From assembly GCF_024502345.1 (NCBI RefSeq), contig NZ_JALDNN010000001.1: a stretch of 64,000 nt of DNA, one strand, 5' to 3'. The DNA is from Escherichia coli. Lineage in GTDB: Bacteria > Pseudomonadota > Gammaproteobacteria > Enterobacterales > Enterobacteriaceae. Shown here in pieces: positions 1 through 8,756 of the stretch (the first letter of the stretch is position 1; each line of letters starts with the position of its first letter). A model generated the notes under the pieces. That model was not told where the DNA came from. It searched no databases and was given only the letters and a program-made list of their open reading frames with translations. The position numbers and the translations under genes were made by a program.

Positions 1-756
1 GATAACGTACTGATCCCGTGGGAAAACGTGCTGATCTACCGCGATTTTGATCGCTGCCGTCGCTGGACAATGGAAGGCGGTTTTGCCCGTATGTATCCGC
101 TGCAAGCCTGTGTGCGCCTGGCAGTGAAACTCGACTTCATTACGGCACTGCTGAAAAAATCACTCGAATGTACCGGCACCCTGGAGTTCCGTGGTGTGCA
201 GGCCGATCTCGGTGAAGTGGTGGCGTGGCGCAACACCTTCTGGGCATTGAGTGACTCGATGTGTTCAGAAGCAACGCCGTGGGTCAACGGGGCTTATTTA
301 CCGGATCATGCCGCACTGCAAACCTATCGCGTACTGGCACCAATGGCCTACGCGAAGATCAAAAACATTATCGAACGCAACGTTACCAGTGGCCTGATCT
401 ATCTCCCTTCCAGTGCCCGTGACCTGAACAATCCGCAGATCGACCAGTATCTGGCGAAGTATGTGCGCGGTTCGAACGGTATGGATCACGTCCAGCGCAT
501 CAAGATCCTCAAACTGATGTGGGATGCCATTGGCAGCGAATTTGGTGGTCGTCACGAACTGTATGAAATCAACTACTCCGGTAGCCAGGATGAGATTCGC
601 CTGCAATGTCTGCGCCAGGCACAAAGCTCCGGCAATATGGACAAGATGATGGCGATGGTTGATCGCTGCCTGTCGGAATACGACCAGAACGGCTGGACTG
701 TGCCGCACCTGCACAACAACGACGATATCAACATGCTGGATAAGCTGCTGAAATAA
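1..756 (+). CDS. hpaB: 4-hydroxyphenylacetate 3-monooxygenase oxygenase component, C-terminal part (5' end lies outside the window)
   Basis: Open frame from window position 1 (track ORF 28..756 is in frame with position 1); immediately followed by a 170-aa flavin-reductase ORF that I recognise as HpaC. Assignment from context and memory, not a search. Confidence 0.7.
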   Translation, partial: DNVLIPWENVLIYRDFDRCRRWTMEGGFARMYPLQACVRLAVKLDFITALLKKSLECTGTLEFRGVQADLGEVVAWRNTFWALSDSMCSEATPWVNGAYLPDHAALQTYRVLAPMAYAKIKNIIERNVTSGLIYLPSSARDLNNPQIDQYLAKYVRGSNGMDHVQRIKILKLMWDAIGSEFGGRHELYEINYSGSQDEIRLQCLRQAQSSGNMDKMMAMVDRCLSEYDQNGWTVPHLHNNDDINMLDKLLK

Positions 757-773
757 CGCAGCAGGAGGTTAAG

Positions 774-1286
774 ATGCAATTAGATGAACAACGCCTGCGC
801 TTTCGTGACGCGATGGCCAGCCTGTCGGCAGCGGTAAATATTATCACCACCGAGGGCGACGCCGGACAATGCGGGATTACGGCAACGGCCGTCTGCTCGG
901 TCACGGATACACCACCGTCGCTGATGGTGTGCATTAACGCCAACAGTGCGATGAACCCGGTTTTTCAGGGCAACGGCAAGTTGTGCGTCAACGTCCTCAA
1001 CCATGAGCAGGAGCTGATGGCACGCCACTTCGCGGGCATGACAGGCATGGCGATGGAAGAGCGTTTTAGCCTCTCATGCTGGCAAAAAGGTCCGCTGGCG
1101 CAGCCGGCGCTGAAAGGTTCGCTTGCCAGTCTTGAAGGTGAGATCCGCGATGTGCAGGCAATTGGCACACATCTGGTGTATCTGGTGGAGATTAAAAACA
1201 TCATCCTCAGTGCAGAAGGTCACGGACTTATTTACTTTAAACGCCGTTTCCATCCGGTGATGCTGGAAATGGAAGCTGCGATTTAA
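774..1286 (+). CDS. hpaC: 4-hydroxyphenylacetate 3-monooxygenase reductase component (flavin:NADH reductase)
   Basis: 170-aa ORF starting MQLDEQRLRFRDAMASLSAAVNIITTEGDAGQCGITATAVCSVTDTPPSLMVCINAN, a flavin reductase-like sequence of the length I recall for HpaC; AGGAGG-like RBS (gcaggaggtt) a few nt upstream of the ATG. Confidence 0.8.
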   Translation: MQLDEQRLRFRDAMASLSAAVNIITTEGDAGQCGITATAVCSVTDTPPSLMVCINANSAMNPVFQGNGKLCVNVLNHEQELMARHFAGMTGMAMEERFSLSCWQKGPLAQPALKGSLASLEGEIRDVQAIGTHLVYLVEIKNIILSAEGHGLIYFKRRFHPVMLEMEAAI

Positions 1287-1293
1287 GCTCCAG

Positions 1294-1328
1294 CCCCTTC
1301 ACGTATTCGTCGAAGGGGCATTTTTATT
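1294..1328 (+). terminator. Rho-independent terminator candidate downstream of hpaC
   Basis: GC-rich inverted repeat ccccttcacgtattcgtcgaagggg followed by a T-run (cattttta). Confidence 0.5.
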
Positions 1329-1371
1329 GTGATCTCAATCACATATCCACCCGATGAATAATTCTTGCCCA

Positions 1372-1420
1372 ACCGCTCACCGCCATTCCTGACCGCTTAC
1401 ATCCCTAAAATAACCACTCA
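1372..1420 (+). promoter_or_regulatory. Putative BtsR (YehT) response-regulator boxes in the btsT promoter
   Basis: Three direct repeats ACCGCTCA / ACCGCTTA / ACCACTCA spaced 12-13 nt apart upstream of btsT; matches the ACC(G/A)CT(C/T)A repeat reported for the yjiY promoter (from memory). Confidence 0.4.
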
Positions 1421-1678
1421 GTTATTTACCTTACTTTACGCGCGCGTATCTCTGGCAACATCACTGCAGGATAGCGGTCAATTTACCTCCTCAAACGCAA
1501 CGCAAACCTAGAACGGCTTCGGCCTATGATTAACAAATTACTCTATGGATTTTGGTTTGCAGGAAGGCAGCAAGTAAGTGAATCCCCGGGAGCTTACAAC
1601 AGTAAGTGACAGGGGTGAACGAACGCAGCTGCCGCACCTGTAAGCCAAAAGACGACGAGTAAAATGCCAGGTTTTACT

Positions 1679-3829
1679 ATGGATACGAAAAAACTATTCA
1701 AGCACATACCCTGGGTGATTCTCGGAATCATCGGTGCATTCTGCCTCGCGGTAGTTGCATTACGTCGGGGGGAGCACGTCAGCGCCCTGTGGATCGTGGT
1801 CGCCTCTGTGTCGGTGTATCTGGTGGCGTATCGCTACTACAGTCTGTACATCGCCCAGAAGGTGATGAAACTCGACCCCACGCGCGCGACGCCTGCGGTT
1901 ATTAACAACGACGGTCTGAACTACGTTCCGACCAACCGTTACGTGTTGTTTGGTCACCACTTCGCCGCTATCGCCGGTGCTGGTCCGCTGGTTGGTCCGG
2001 TTCTCGCCGCGCAGATGGGCTACCTGCCTGGCACGCTGTGGCTGCTGGCGGGGGTAGTGCTGGCCGGTGCGGTACAGGACTTTATGGTGCTGTTTATCTC
2101 CTCTCGCCGTAACGGCGCATCTCTCGGTGAGATGATCAAAGAAGAGATGGGACCAGTACCGGGGACTATCGCGCTGTTTGGCTGTTTCTTAATCATGATC
2201 ATCATCCTCGCCGTTCTGGCGCTGATTGTGGTTAAAGCCCTGGCCGAAAGTCCGTGGGGTGTCTTCACCGTTTGCTCAACCGTACCAATTGCGCTGTTTA
2301 TGGGTATCTATATGCGCTTTATTCGTCCGGGGCGTGTAGGTGAAGTCTCTGTCATTGGTATCGTGCTGCTGGTTGCCTCTATCTACTTCGGTGGCGTGAT
2401 TGCTCACGATCCGTACTGGGGTCCGGCACTGACCTTTAAAGACACCACCATTACCTTCGCGCTGATTGGCTATGCGTTTGTTTCCGCGCTGCTGCCGGTG
2501 TGGCTGATCCTCGCACCACGCGACTATCTGGCAACCTTCCTGAAAATCGGCGTTATCGTCGGCCTGGCGCTGGGTATCGTGGTGCTGAACCCGGAACTGA
2601 AAATGCCTGCGATGACCCAGTACATTGACGGTACTGGCCCGCTGTGGAAAGGCGCTCTGTTCCCGTTCCTGTTCATCACCATCGCCTGTGGTGCGGTATC
2701 TGGCTTCCACGCACTGATCTCTTCCGGTACGACGCCGAAACTGCTGGCTAATGAAACCGACGCGCGTTTCATCGGTTATGGCGCAATGCTGATGGAGTCC
2801 TTCGTGGCGATTATGGCGCTGGTTGCTGCGTCCATCATCGAACCAGGTCTTTACTTCGCGATGAACACCCCGCCTGCTGGCCTTGGCATCACCATGCCTA
2901 ACCTGCATGAAATGGGTGGCGAGAACGCGCCGATCATCATGGCGCAGCTGAAAGACGTTACCGCACACGCGGCAGCGACCGTCAGCTCCTGGGGCTTCGT
3001 GATTTCGCCAGAACAGATCCTGCAAACCGCGAAAGACATTGGTGAGCCTTCTGTCCTGAACCGTGCAGGTGGTGCGCCGACGCTGGCGGTAGGTATCGCT
3101 CACGTGTTCCACAAAGTGCTGCCGATGGCTGACATGGGCTTCTGGTATCACTTCGGTATTCTGTTCGAAGCACTGTTCATCCTGACCGCGCTGGATGCGG
3201 GTACCCGTTCTGGCCGCTTTATGTTGCAAGACCTGCTGGGTAACTTCATCCCGTTCCTGAAAAAAACCGACTCTCTGGTTGCCGGTATCATCGGTACTGC
3301 GGGCTGTGTGGGTCTGTGGGGCTACCTGCTGTATCAGGGCGTGGTCGATCCGCTGGGCGGCGTTAAGAGCCTGTGGCCGCTGTTCGGTATCTCCAACCAG
3401 ATGCTGGCAGCCGTGGCGCTGGTACTGGGCACCGTTGTGCTGATTAAGATGAAGCGCACCCAATACATCTGGGTTACTGTTGTTCCGGCTGTATGGCTGC
3501 TTATCTGCACCACCTGGGCGCTGGGCCTGAAACTATTCAGCACCAACCCGCAGATGGAAGGCTTCTTCTACATGGCAAGCCAGTACAAAGAGAAGATTGC
3601 TAACGGTACTGACCTGACGGCGCAGCAGATTGCCAACATGAACCACATCGTTGTGAACAACTACACCAACGCAGGCCTGAGTATTCTGTTCCTGATTGTG
3701 GTGTACAGCATCATCTTCTACGGTTTCAAAACCTGGCTTGCGGTGCGTAACAGCGACAAACGTACTGACAAAGAAACTCCGTACGTTCCAATCCCGGAAG
3801 GCGGCGTGAAGATCTCTTCGCACCACTAA
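1679..3829 (+). CDS. btsT: CstA-family pyruvate/H+ symporter (BtsT/YjiY)
   Basis: Track ORF 1664..3829; likely start at MDTKKLFKHIPWV (716 aa). Large polytopic membrane protein of the carbon-starvation CstA family; synteny with yjiX-yjiA. Confidence 0.9.
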   Translation: MDTKKLFKHIPWVILGIIGAFCLAVVALRRGEHVSALWIVVASVSVYLVAYRYYSLYIAQKVMKLDPTRATPAVINNDGLNYVPTNRYVLFGHHFAAIAGAGPLVGPVLAAQMGYLPGTLWLLAGVVLAGAVQDFMVLFISSRRNGASLGEMIKEEMGPVPGTIALFGCFLIMIIILAVLALIVVKALAESPWGVFTVCSTVPIALFMGIYMRFIRPGRVGEVSVIGIVLLVASIYFGGVIAHDPYWGPALTFKDTTITFALIGYAFVSALLPVWLILAPRDYLATFLKIGVIVGLALGIVVLNPELKMPAMTQYIDGTGPLWKGALFPFLFITIACGAVSGFHALISSGTTPKLLANETDARFIGYGAMLMESFVAIMALVAASIIEPGLYFAMNTPPAGLGITMPNLHEMGGENAPIIMAQLKDVTAHAAATVSSWGFVISPEQILQTAKDIGEPSVLNRAGGAPTLAVGIAHVFHKVLPMADMGFWYHFGILFEALFILTALDAGTRSGRFMLQDLLGNFIPFLKKTDSLVAGIIGTAGCVGLWGYLLYQGVVDPLGGVKSLWPLFGISNQMLAAVALVLGTVVLIKMKRTQYIWVTVVPAVWLLICTTWALGLKLFSTNPQMEGFFYMASQYKEKIANGTDLTAQQIANMNHIVVNNYTNAGLSILFLIVVYSIIFYGFKTWLAVRNSDKRTDKETPYVPIPEGGVKISSHH

Positions 3830-3915
<86 letters not shown>

Positions 3916-3959
3916 CCTAGCCCGGACCTTCCGGGCTTTACGCATATCTGGAAGGCAAA

Positions 3960-4163
3960 ATGTTTGGTAACTTAGGACAGGCAAAAAAATATCTCGGCCA
4001 GGCGGCGAAGATGTTGATTGGCATTCCAGACTACGACAACTACGTCGAGCATATGAAGACCAACCATCCCGACAAGCCGTACATGAGCTATGAAGAATTC
4101 TTCCGCGAACGCCAGAACGCGCGCTACGGCGGCGATGGTAAAGGCGGTATGCGCTGTTGTTAA
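3960..4163 (+). CDS. yjiX: Small conserved protein YjiX (DUF466-like)
   Basis: 67-aa [70 protein letters not shown]; conserved partner position after the cstA-like gene. Confidence 0.8.
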
Positions 4164-4173
4164 TGGAGAGAGC

Positions 4174-5130
4174 ATGAACCCGATTGCAGTTACCCTACTC
4201 ACCGGTTTTTTAGGCGCGGGCAAAACTACCCTGCTGCGCCATATTCTTAACGAACAACACGGCTACAAGATTGCCGTGATTGAAAACGAATTCGGCGAAG
4301 TCTCCGTTGATGATCAATTGATTGGTGATCGCGCCACGCAGATCAAAACGCTGACCAACGGCTGCATCTGCTGTTCGCGCTCCAACGAGCTGGAAGACGC
4401 ACTACTCGACCTGCTGGATAATCTCGATAAGGGCAATATTCAGTTCGATCGTCTGGTCATTGAATGCACCGGCATGGCCGATCCTGGCCCGATTATTCAG
4501 ACCTTTTTCTCCCATGAGATTTTATGCCAGCGCTACCTGCTGGACGGCGTGATTGCGCTGGTGGATGCGGTACATGCCGATGAGCAGATGAACCAGTTCA
4601 CCATCGCCCAGTCACAGGTTGGCTACGCCGACCGTATTCTGCTGACTAAAACCGACGTCGCAGGCGAAGCAGAAAAACTGCGTGAACGCCTGGCGCGCAT
4701 CAACGCCCGTGCACCGGTCTACACCGTTACCCACGGCGACATCGACCTGGGCCTGCTGTTCAACACCAACGGTTTTATGCTGGAAGAAAACGTCGTCAGC
4801 ACCAAACCGCGTTTCCACTTTATCGCGGATAAACAAAACGATATTTCGTCGATTGTGGTGGAACTGGATTACCCGGTAGATATCAGCGAAGTTTCCCGGG
4901 TGATGGAAAACCTGCTGCTGGAATCGGCGGATAAACTGCTGCGTTACAAAGGGATGCTGTGGATTGACGGCGAACCTAACCGCCTGCTGTTCCAGGGCGT
5001 CCAGCGCCTCTACAGCGCCGACTGGGACAGGCCATGGGGCGATGAAAAACCGCATAGCACGATGGTGTTTATCGGGATTCAGTTGCCGGAGGATGAGATT
5101 CGGGCGGCGTTTGCGAGGTTGAGGAAGTAA
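4174..5130 (+). CDS. yjiA: CobW/HypB-family P-loop GTPase YjiA
   Basis: Track ORF 4090..5130; likely start at MNPIAVTLLTGFLGAGKTTLL (Walker A GxxGAGKT); CxCC motif (GCICCSRSNE) typical of COG0523 GTPases. Confidence 0.9.
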   Translation: MNPIAVTLLTGFLGAGKTTLLRHILNEQHGYKIAVIENEFGEVSVDDQLIGDRATQIKTLTNGCICCSRSNELEDALLDLLDNLDKGNIQFDRLVIECTGMADPGPIIQTFFSHEILCQRYLLDGVIALVDAVHADEQMNQFTIAQSQVGYADRILLTKTDVAGEAEKLRERLARINARAPVYTVTHGDIDLGLLFNTNGFMLEENVVSTKPRFHFIADKQNDISSIVVELDYPVDISEVSRVMENLLLESADKLLRYKGMLWIDGEPNRLLFQGVQRLYSADWDRPWGDEKPHSTMVFIGIQLPEDEIRAAFARLRK

Positions 5131-5163
5131 TTTTGGATGATGGCCGCCATGTGGTGGCCTGAA

Positions 5164-5466
5164 TTATTTTTTGTTCTGATCGCGCAGCATCGCCTCACGT
5201 AAAATTGCGTTCAGGCGAGTTTGATAGCCTTTACCAGGTCGCTTCAGCCATTCCATCACATCAGCATCAATACGCACCGAAGCCTGGGTTTTCAATGGCC
5301 GATAAAACTTACCGCGTTCTGCGTTAGACCATTGCTCATCGCTGGAAGGCGGGATATCACTGTAATCAATATCTTCGTCGGATTTATTCGCCAGTGCCTT
5401 CAGTTCGGCCTCATGCTGCACATCGAGTGTAGAGGGTGTCCCTCGTTTATGTTTAACCATGCTCAT
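5164..5466 (-). CDS. BrnA-like ribbon-helix-helix antitoxin-family protein (orphan; no BrnT gene seen)
   Basis: Track ORF 5164..5532; likely start at MSMVKHKRG with AGGAG RBS. C-terminal VRIDADVMEWLKRPGKGYQTRLNAILREAM matches my memory of the BrnA/COG3514 signature. Confidence 0.55.
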   Translation of the reverse strand: MSMVKHKRGTPSTLDVQHEAELKALANKSDEDIDYSDIPPSSDEQWSNAERGKFYRPLKTQASVRIDADVMEWLKRPGKGYQTRLNAILREAMLRDQNKK

Positions 5467-5604
5467 AGCGACTCCTCTCTTTACGATCTGCTTTTCGTGC
5501 ACTGATGATTCGAATGTTGGAAATAGCATCACGTTTTAGGAAAAGATGGGGAAGTTGATATGAAGGGGCTGGATGGCAACATTGGGACACCATCCAGCAC
5601 TTAT

Positions 5605-6339
5605 TCAAACCTGATAGCAATCCACCAAAAATGCCATCATTTCACTGGCATCTTTGCTGTGATAAAAGCGCACCATTTTGCTGTTGAACTCCAGCGCACG
5701 AGCCGCGGGTACACTAATGGGATTGTAACCGTGGCGCATTAACCAGCCGTTCATCATATGGCGACTGGTACGCTTGTTGCCATCAAAGAAAAACTGATAG
5801 TAGGCTCCAAAAAGGAACATCGCCAGCGCGCCTTCAAACGGGGAAAGCATTTTAATATGCGCGACACCCTCAGCAAAAATGCGATTCAGTTCAGGTGCAC
5901 CTGCTTCAGTGGCTGGTGGAAAATGAGTGCCCAGTTCACCGAGATGAACGCGGGCATTGTAATGTAACTCCTCACCTTCGCCGCGAAAAACGCCCCACTC
6001 CAGCGCCTCATTACGCGCAATAATGCCGTTAAGTAACGTGAACGTTTTCTTATCAAGGTCGAAACGCCCGGATTGCACAAGTTCAATCAGTTTTTTTGCG
6101 CTATCTGCCAGGTTCAACACCTGCTCTGTGTCACTGACCTTATGCCCGCCAATGGTGACACCATCGAGCAGCGTTTTAACTTCAACAAAGGTATAGGGGT
6201 TATTTTCCAGTTGCGCGGCATCCCAGACAAACCCAGCCATATGCGTTTTGAAGGTAAATAAGGCTGCGCGCGTACCGACAATTTGCATCGCCGGGATGGC
6301 ATTTGCATTCCAGCTCAGGTCCAGTAGTTTGGTTGTCAT
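5605..6339 (-). CDS. Fic/Doc (Fido)-fold-like protein with a non-canonical active-site motif (QFFFDGNKRTSR)
   Basis: 244-aa ORF with AAGGA RBS 8 nt upstream. ...AYYQFFFDGNKRTSRHMMNGWL aligns position-for-position with the Fic HPFx(D/E)GNGRxxR and Doc HxFx(D/N)(A/G)NKR motifs, but Gln occupies the catalytic His position. Family assignment by eye only. Confidence 0.5.
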   Translation of the reverse strand: MTTKLLDLSWNANAIPAMQIVGTRAALFTFKTHMAGFVWDAAQLENNPYTFVEVKTLLDGVTIGGHKVSDTEQVLNLADSAKKLIELVQSGRFDLDKKTFTLLNGIIARNEALEWGVFRGEGEELHYNARVHLGELGTHFPPATEAGAPELNRIFAEGVAHIKMLSPFEGALAMFLFGAYYQFFFDGNKRTSRHMMNGWLMRHGYNPISVPAARALEFNSKMVRFYHSKDASEMMAFLVDCYQV

Positions 6340-6382
6340 TAGAGGATCCTTGATTGCATGGTAAAGAGGATATTATTCCATA

Positions 6383-6568
6383 TTAAACCATCGCGTTATC
6401 CATCTGCTTTTCAAATGCCTGACGAATTAATCCCATCACATAAGGAAGCTCAGAAAGATCGCTGAAACCTACTTCAACATCGCCATTGCCCCAACGGCTT
6501 ATATCTGAGACGTCACGAGCAATACCTTTCGGATCGATCAATTCATGGAATGGCATGTTTAGCGTCAA
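6383..6568 (-). CDS. Small hypothetical protein (57-61 aa) between the GmrSD-like and Fic-like genes
   Basis: ORF whose TTG start overlaps the upstream gene stop by 4 nt (alternative ATG 12 nt downstream, MPFHELIDPKG...); no strong RBS; same strand as flanking genes. Coding status uncertain. Confidence 0.35.
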   Translation of the reverse strand: MTLNMPFHELIDPKGIARDVSDISRWGNGDVEVGFSDLSELPYVMGLIRQAFEKQMDNAMV

Positions 6569-8481
6569 ATGTAATCGTTTTTTTGCGGCACTGCATCAAC
6601 AAAATTCGTCTCCGCTTTGAAGGCAACATAGAGCTTCAATATTTCTCGCGTAACCCCAGCGTCCAGCGCCATAACGGCATCAGAAAGGCTGTCAAAAAGT
6701 ACGCGGATATGTGTACCTTCTTCAAGTTGCGGGAAATCAGCAAGGACATATCCCGTTCCTCGTTCAACGACGGTGCGATAACGAGCCAACACGTCTTCCG
6801 AAAGTTTGGGGATCGCCCAGACGTCTATTGCCAGCTCGGCCAGACGTTCCGCTCTCTTTTGTATCGCTGCACGATCCCATATTTCACATTGCCCTAACCC
6901 CGTGTTCAGGCGTAATGGACTTTCCTTAAAGCCACCTTTTATATCTCGTTTCTTCGCAAATGGACGGTCGCTGTAGCTTGAGTTATAGCCAGTTAACGTT
7001 AAATTACCCAACGTATGGAGCCACTTTTTATGGATTCGCTTCCATTCCGGACCAAGGTCATCGCGCCACTTCGCCGATAAATTAGGGTTCTGCGGCATGA
7101 TATGTTCAATCGTATATTCGTCTACGCAGACCCGTTCTTTACGACCGTGGTTTTCAAATCTGCGTAGCCAATAGCTGCGATTACGGAAGTTGTAGAGGTC
7201 GCGAGTTTTCAGTTCACGTTGAAATTCATCATCATCCGGGAAACGACGGTAGGAAGGCAGTTCCAGCAAATGCGCCGCAATGCTCTCCAGATAACGCTCT
7301 TTATCCAGCACTTTGTAAAACGTGGCGAAGGTTTTGGTAAATGAGTTGGTGGGAATGGCACAGACTGCGCGCCGGAAGATATACGACTCAATTAAACGCG
7401 TGGCACTTAAAAAATCCGCGGCAGAAAGGATCCCCTGTTTATAGTCGTGATAAAGCACCAACAGGAACGGCCATGCAGCATCAACTTTCAGCTGGCGTAG
7501 ATCCTGAAACGCCATCTTTAAGGTTTTATCCTTTTCGCTATCCAGCGCCATCGCACAAAAATAGTCAGCAAACGTACGAATATCCGCAACCAGCGCCTCC
7601 ATCCCGCTATCCATCACTCCTGGTTTTCGCGCATAGCGTTTAAAGGCTTCATAGACATCACCAATTCGCGGAATCTCACCTGTTTTTACCGTCAGGTAAT
7701 TACGCATAAAACTGTCGAAATAGTCAGTGTATCCCTTCTGACCAAATGCCAGCTCCATGGGCCGCCAGTAATCGTCGTACAGTTGGCTTTGATGTTCTGG
7801 CTCCAGCCCCATCAGAACATAGTTGCGTACCAGATCCGCCTGACTCAGCGCTTTTCCTGTTGAGTTCATGCTTTCAAAGATTAGTTGCGGATTATCCTGA
7901 CCGCGATTCAAGGCGACATCCACAATAAGCAGTTTGGAAAGTCCCTGACATAACGCGGTGAAATTGCCGTGGAGTTTGCCTATTTGCTCATGGAAAAACT
8001 CAAAATTCTCTTTCACGCGTAGAGAGCAATTTTCTGCCAGCGGTTTTTGTCTAATCAATGCCAGCAGGCTTTCTCTGTCCGTTTGCGTAAGCAGTAACTT
8101 AAAACCACGCTCGCCCGATTCATACGGATTGAGCAGATAATAGTTTCGTAATTTCATGGCGGAGAAACCATCCATCACCTCGTCATCACCAAGATGTCTG
8201 GACAACGCTTCCAGCAATAACATCGCCGTTGTTAGGCGTTGCTGACCGTCAATCACCAGTAAGGGAGAGATCCCCGAAACCTGATATAGGCCCTGTTCGA
8301 TATACACCACCGAGCCGATAAAATGCGCCGGGATATCATCACGCTGCCCGGCACGTATTACATCGTCCCAGAGCTGGCGGCACTGTTCCTCTGACCATGA
8401 ATAAGTACGCTGATAAATGGGAATAACGAATTGCTGAGAGCGTTTAAGAAAATCGAGTAATCGGGCTTCGGTGGCTTTCAT
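6565..8481 (-). CDS. GmrSD-family Type IV (modification-dependent) restriction endonuclease, single polypeptide (DUF262 + DUF1524)
   Basis: 638 aa; N-terminal FVIPIYQRTYSW and DGQQRLT motifs (DUF262/ParB-like NTPase); C-terminal EYTIEHIMPQ...HTLGNLTL...N His-Me finger signature (DUF1524); AGGAG RBS 7 nt upstream of the ATG. Confidence 0.8.
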   Translation of the reverse strand: MKATEARLLDFLKRSQQFVIPIYQRTYSWSEEQCRQLWDDVIRAGQRDDIPAHFIGSVVYIEQGLYQVSGISPLLVIDGQQRLTTAMLLLEALSRHLGDDEVMDGFSAMKLRNYYLLNPYESGERGFKLLLTQTDRESLLALIRQKPLAENCSLRVKENFEFFHEQIGKLHGNFTALCQGLSKLLIVDVALNRGQDNPQLIFESMNSTGKALSQADLVRNYVLMGLEPEHQSQLYDDYWRPMELAFGQKGYTDYFDSFMRNYLTVKTGEIPRIGDVYEAFKRYARKPGVMDSGMEALVADIRTFADYFCAMALDSEKDKTLKMAFQDLRQLKVDAAWPFLLVLYHDYKQGILSAADFLSATRLIESYIFRRAVCAIPTNSFTKTFATFYKVLDKERYLESIAAHLLELPSYRRFPDDDEFQRELKTRDLYNFRNRSYWLRRFENHGRKERVCVDEYTIEHIMPQNPNLSAKWRDDLGPEWKRIHKKWLHTLGNLTLTGYNSSYSDRPFAKKRDIKGGFKESPLRLNTGLGQCEIWDRAAIQKRAERLAELAIDVWAIPKLSEDVLARYRTVVERGTGYVLADFPQLEEGTHIRVLFDSLSDAVMALDAGVTREILKLYVAFKAETNFVDAVPQKNDYI

Positions 8482-8667
8482 GAATGACTCCTGTCAAATT
8501 GCACTGGCAAACGGCGTCATTATGCTGCGAATAAAAAATAAAAGTTAGCGTCTTTGTTTCTACAAAAATACCATTCCAGGATAAATCAAAATATATTAAG
8601 AAACACCTCAAAACGCATTCATTAGAGCAATTAATACTTCCAATTCATATTTATAACACATTGAAAA

Positions 8668-8688
8668 TGATCATGTTTTTGATCATCA
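8668..8688. promoter_or_regulatory. GATC-containing repeat TGATCATGTTTTTGATCATCA in the divergent gmrSD-like / hsdM intergenic region
   Basis: Two TGATCA palindromes (each holding a Dam GATC site) 12 bp apart in the AT-rich divergent promoter region. Function not established. Confidence 0.25.
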
Positions 8689-8756
8689 CAACGATAGTTT
8701 GATATAACAAAGCATTCACTTCACATTGAATATCTCCCTCTTTTTCAGGGCAAGGA

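Noticed and set aside
1330-1660. Long leader upstream of btsT as a possible riboswitch or small RNA
   Set aside because: I could not identify a conserved riboswitch fold by eye; the region is better explained as a promoter and 5'-UTR with response-regulator boxes.
2276-3463. 395-aa minus-strand ORF inside btsT
   Set aside because: Fully antisense to a well-supported conserved gene; Arg/His/Gln-rich low-complexity translation typical of antisense reading; no RBS evidence.
6550-6929. Plus-strand ORFs overlapping the 3' end of the GmrSD-like gene
   Set aside because: Antisense to a gene with strong domain signatures; no RBS.
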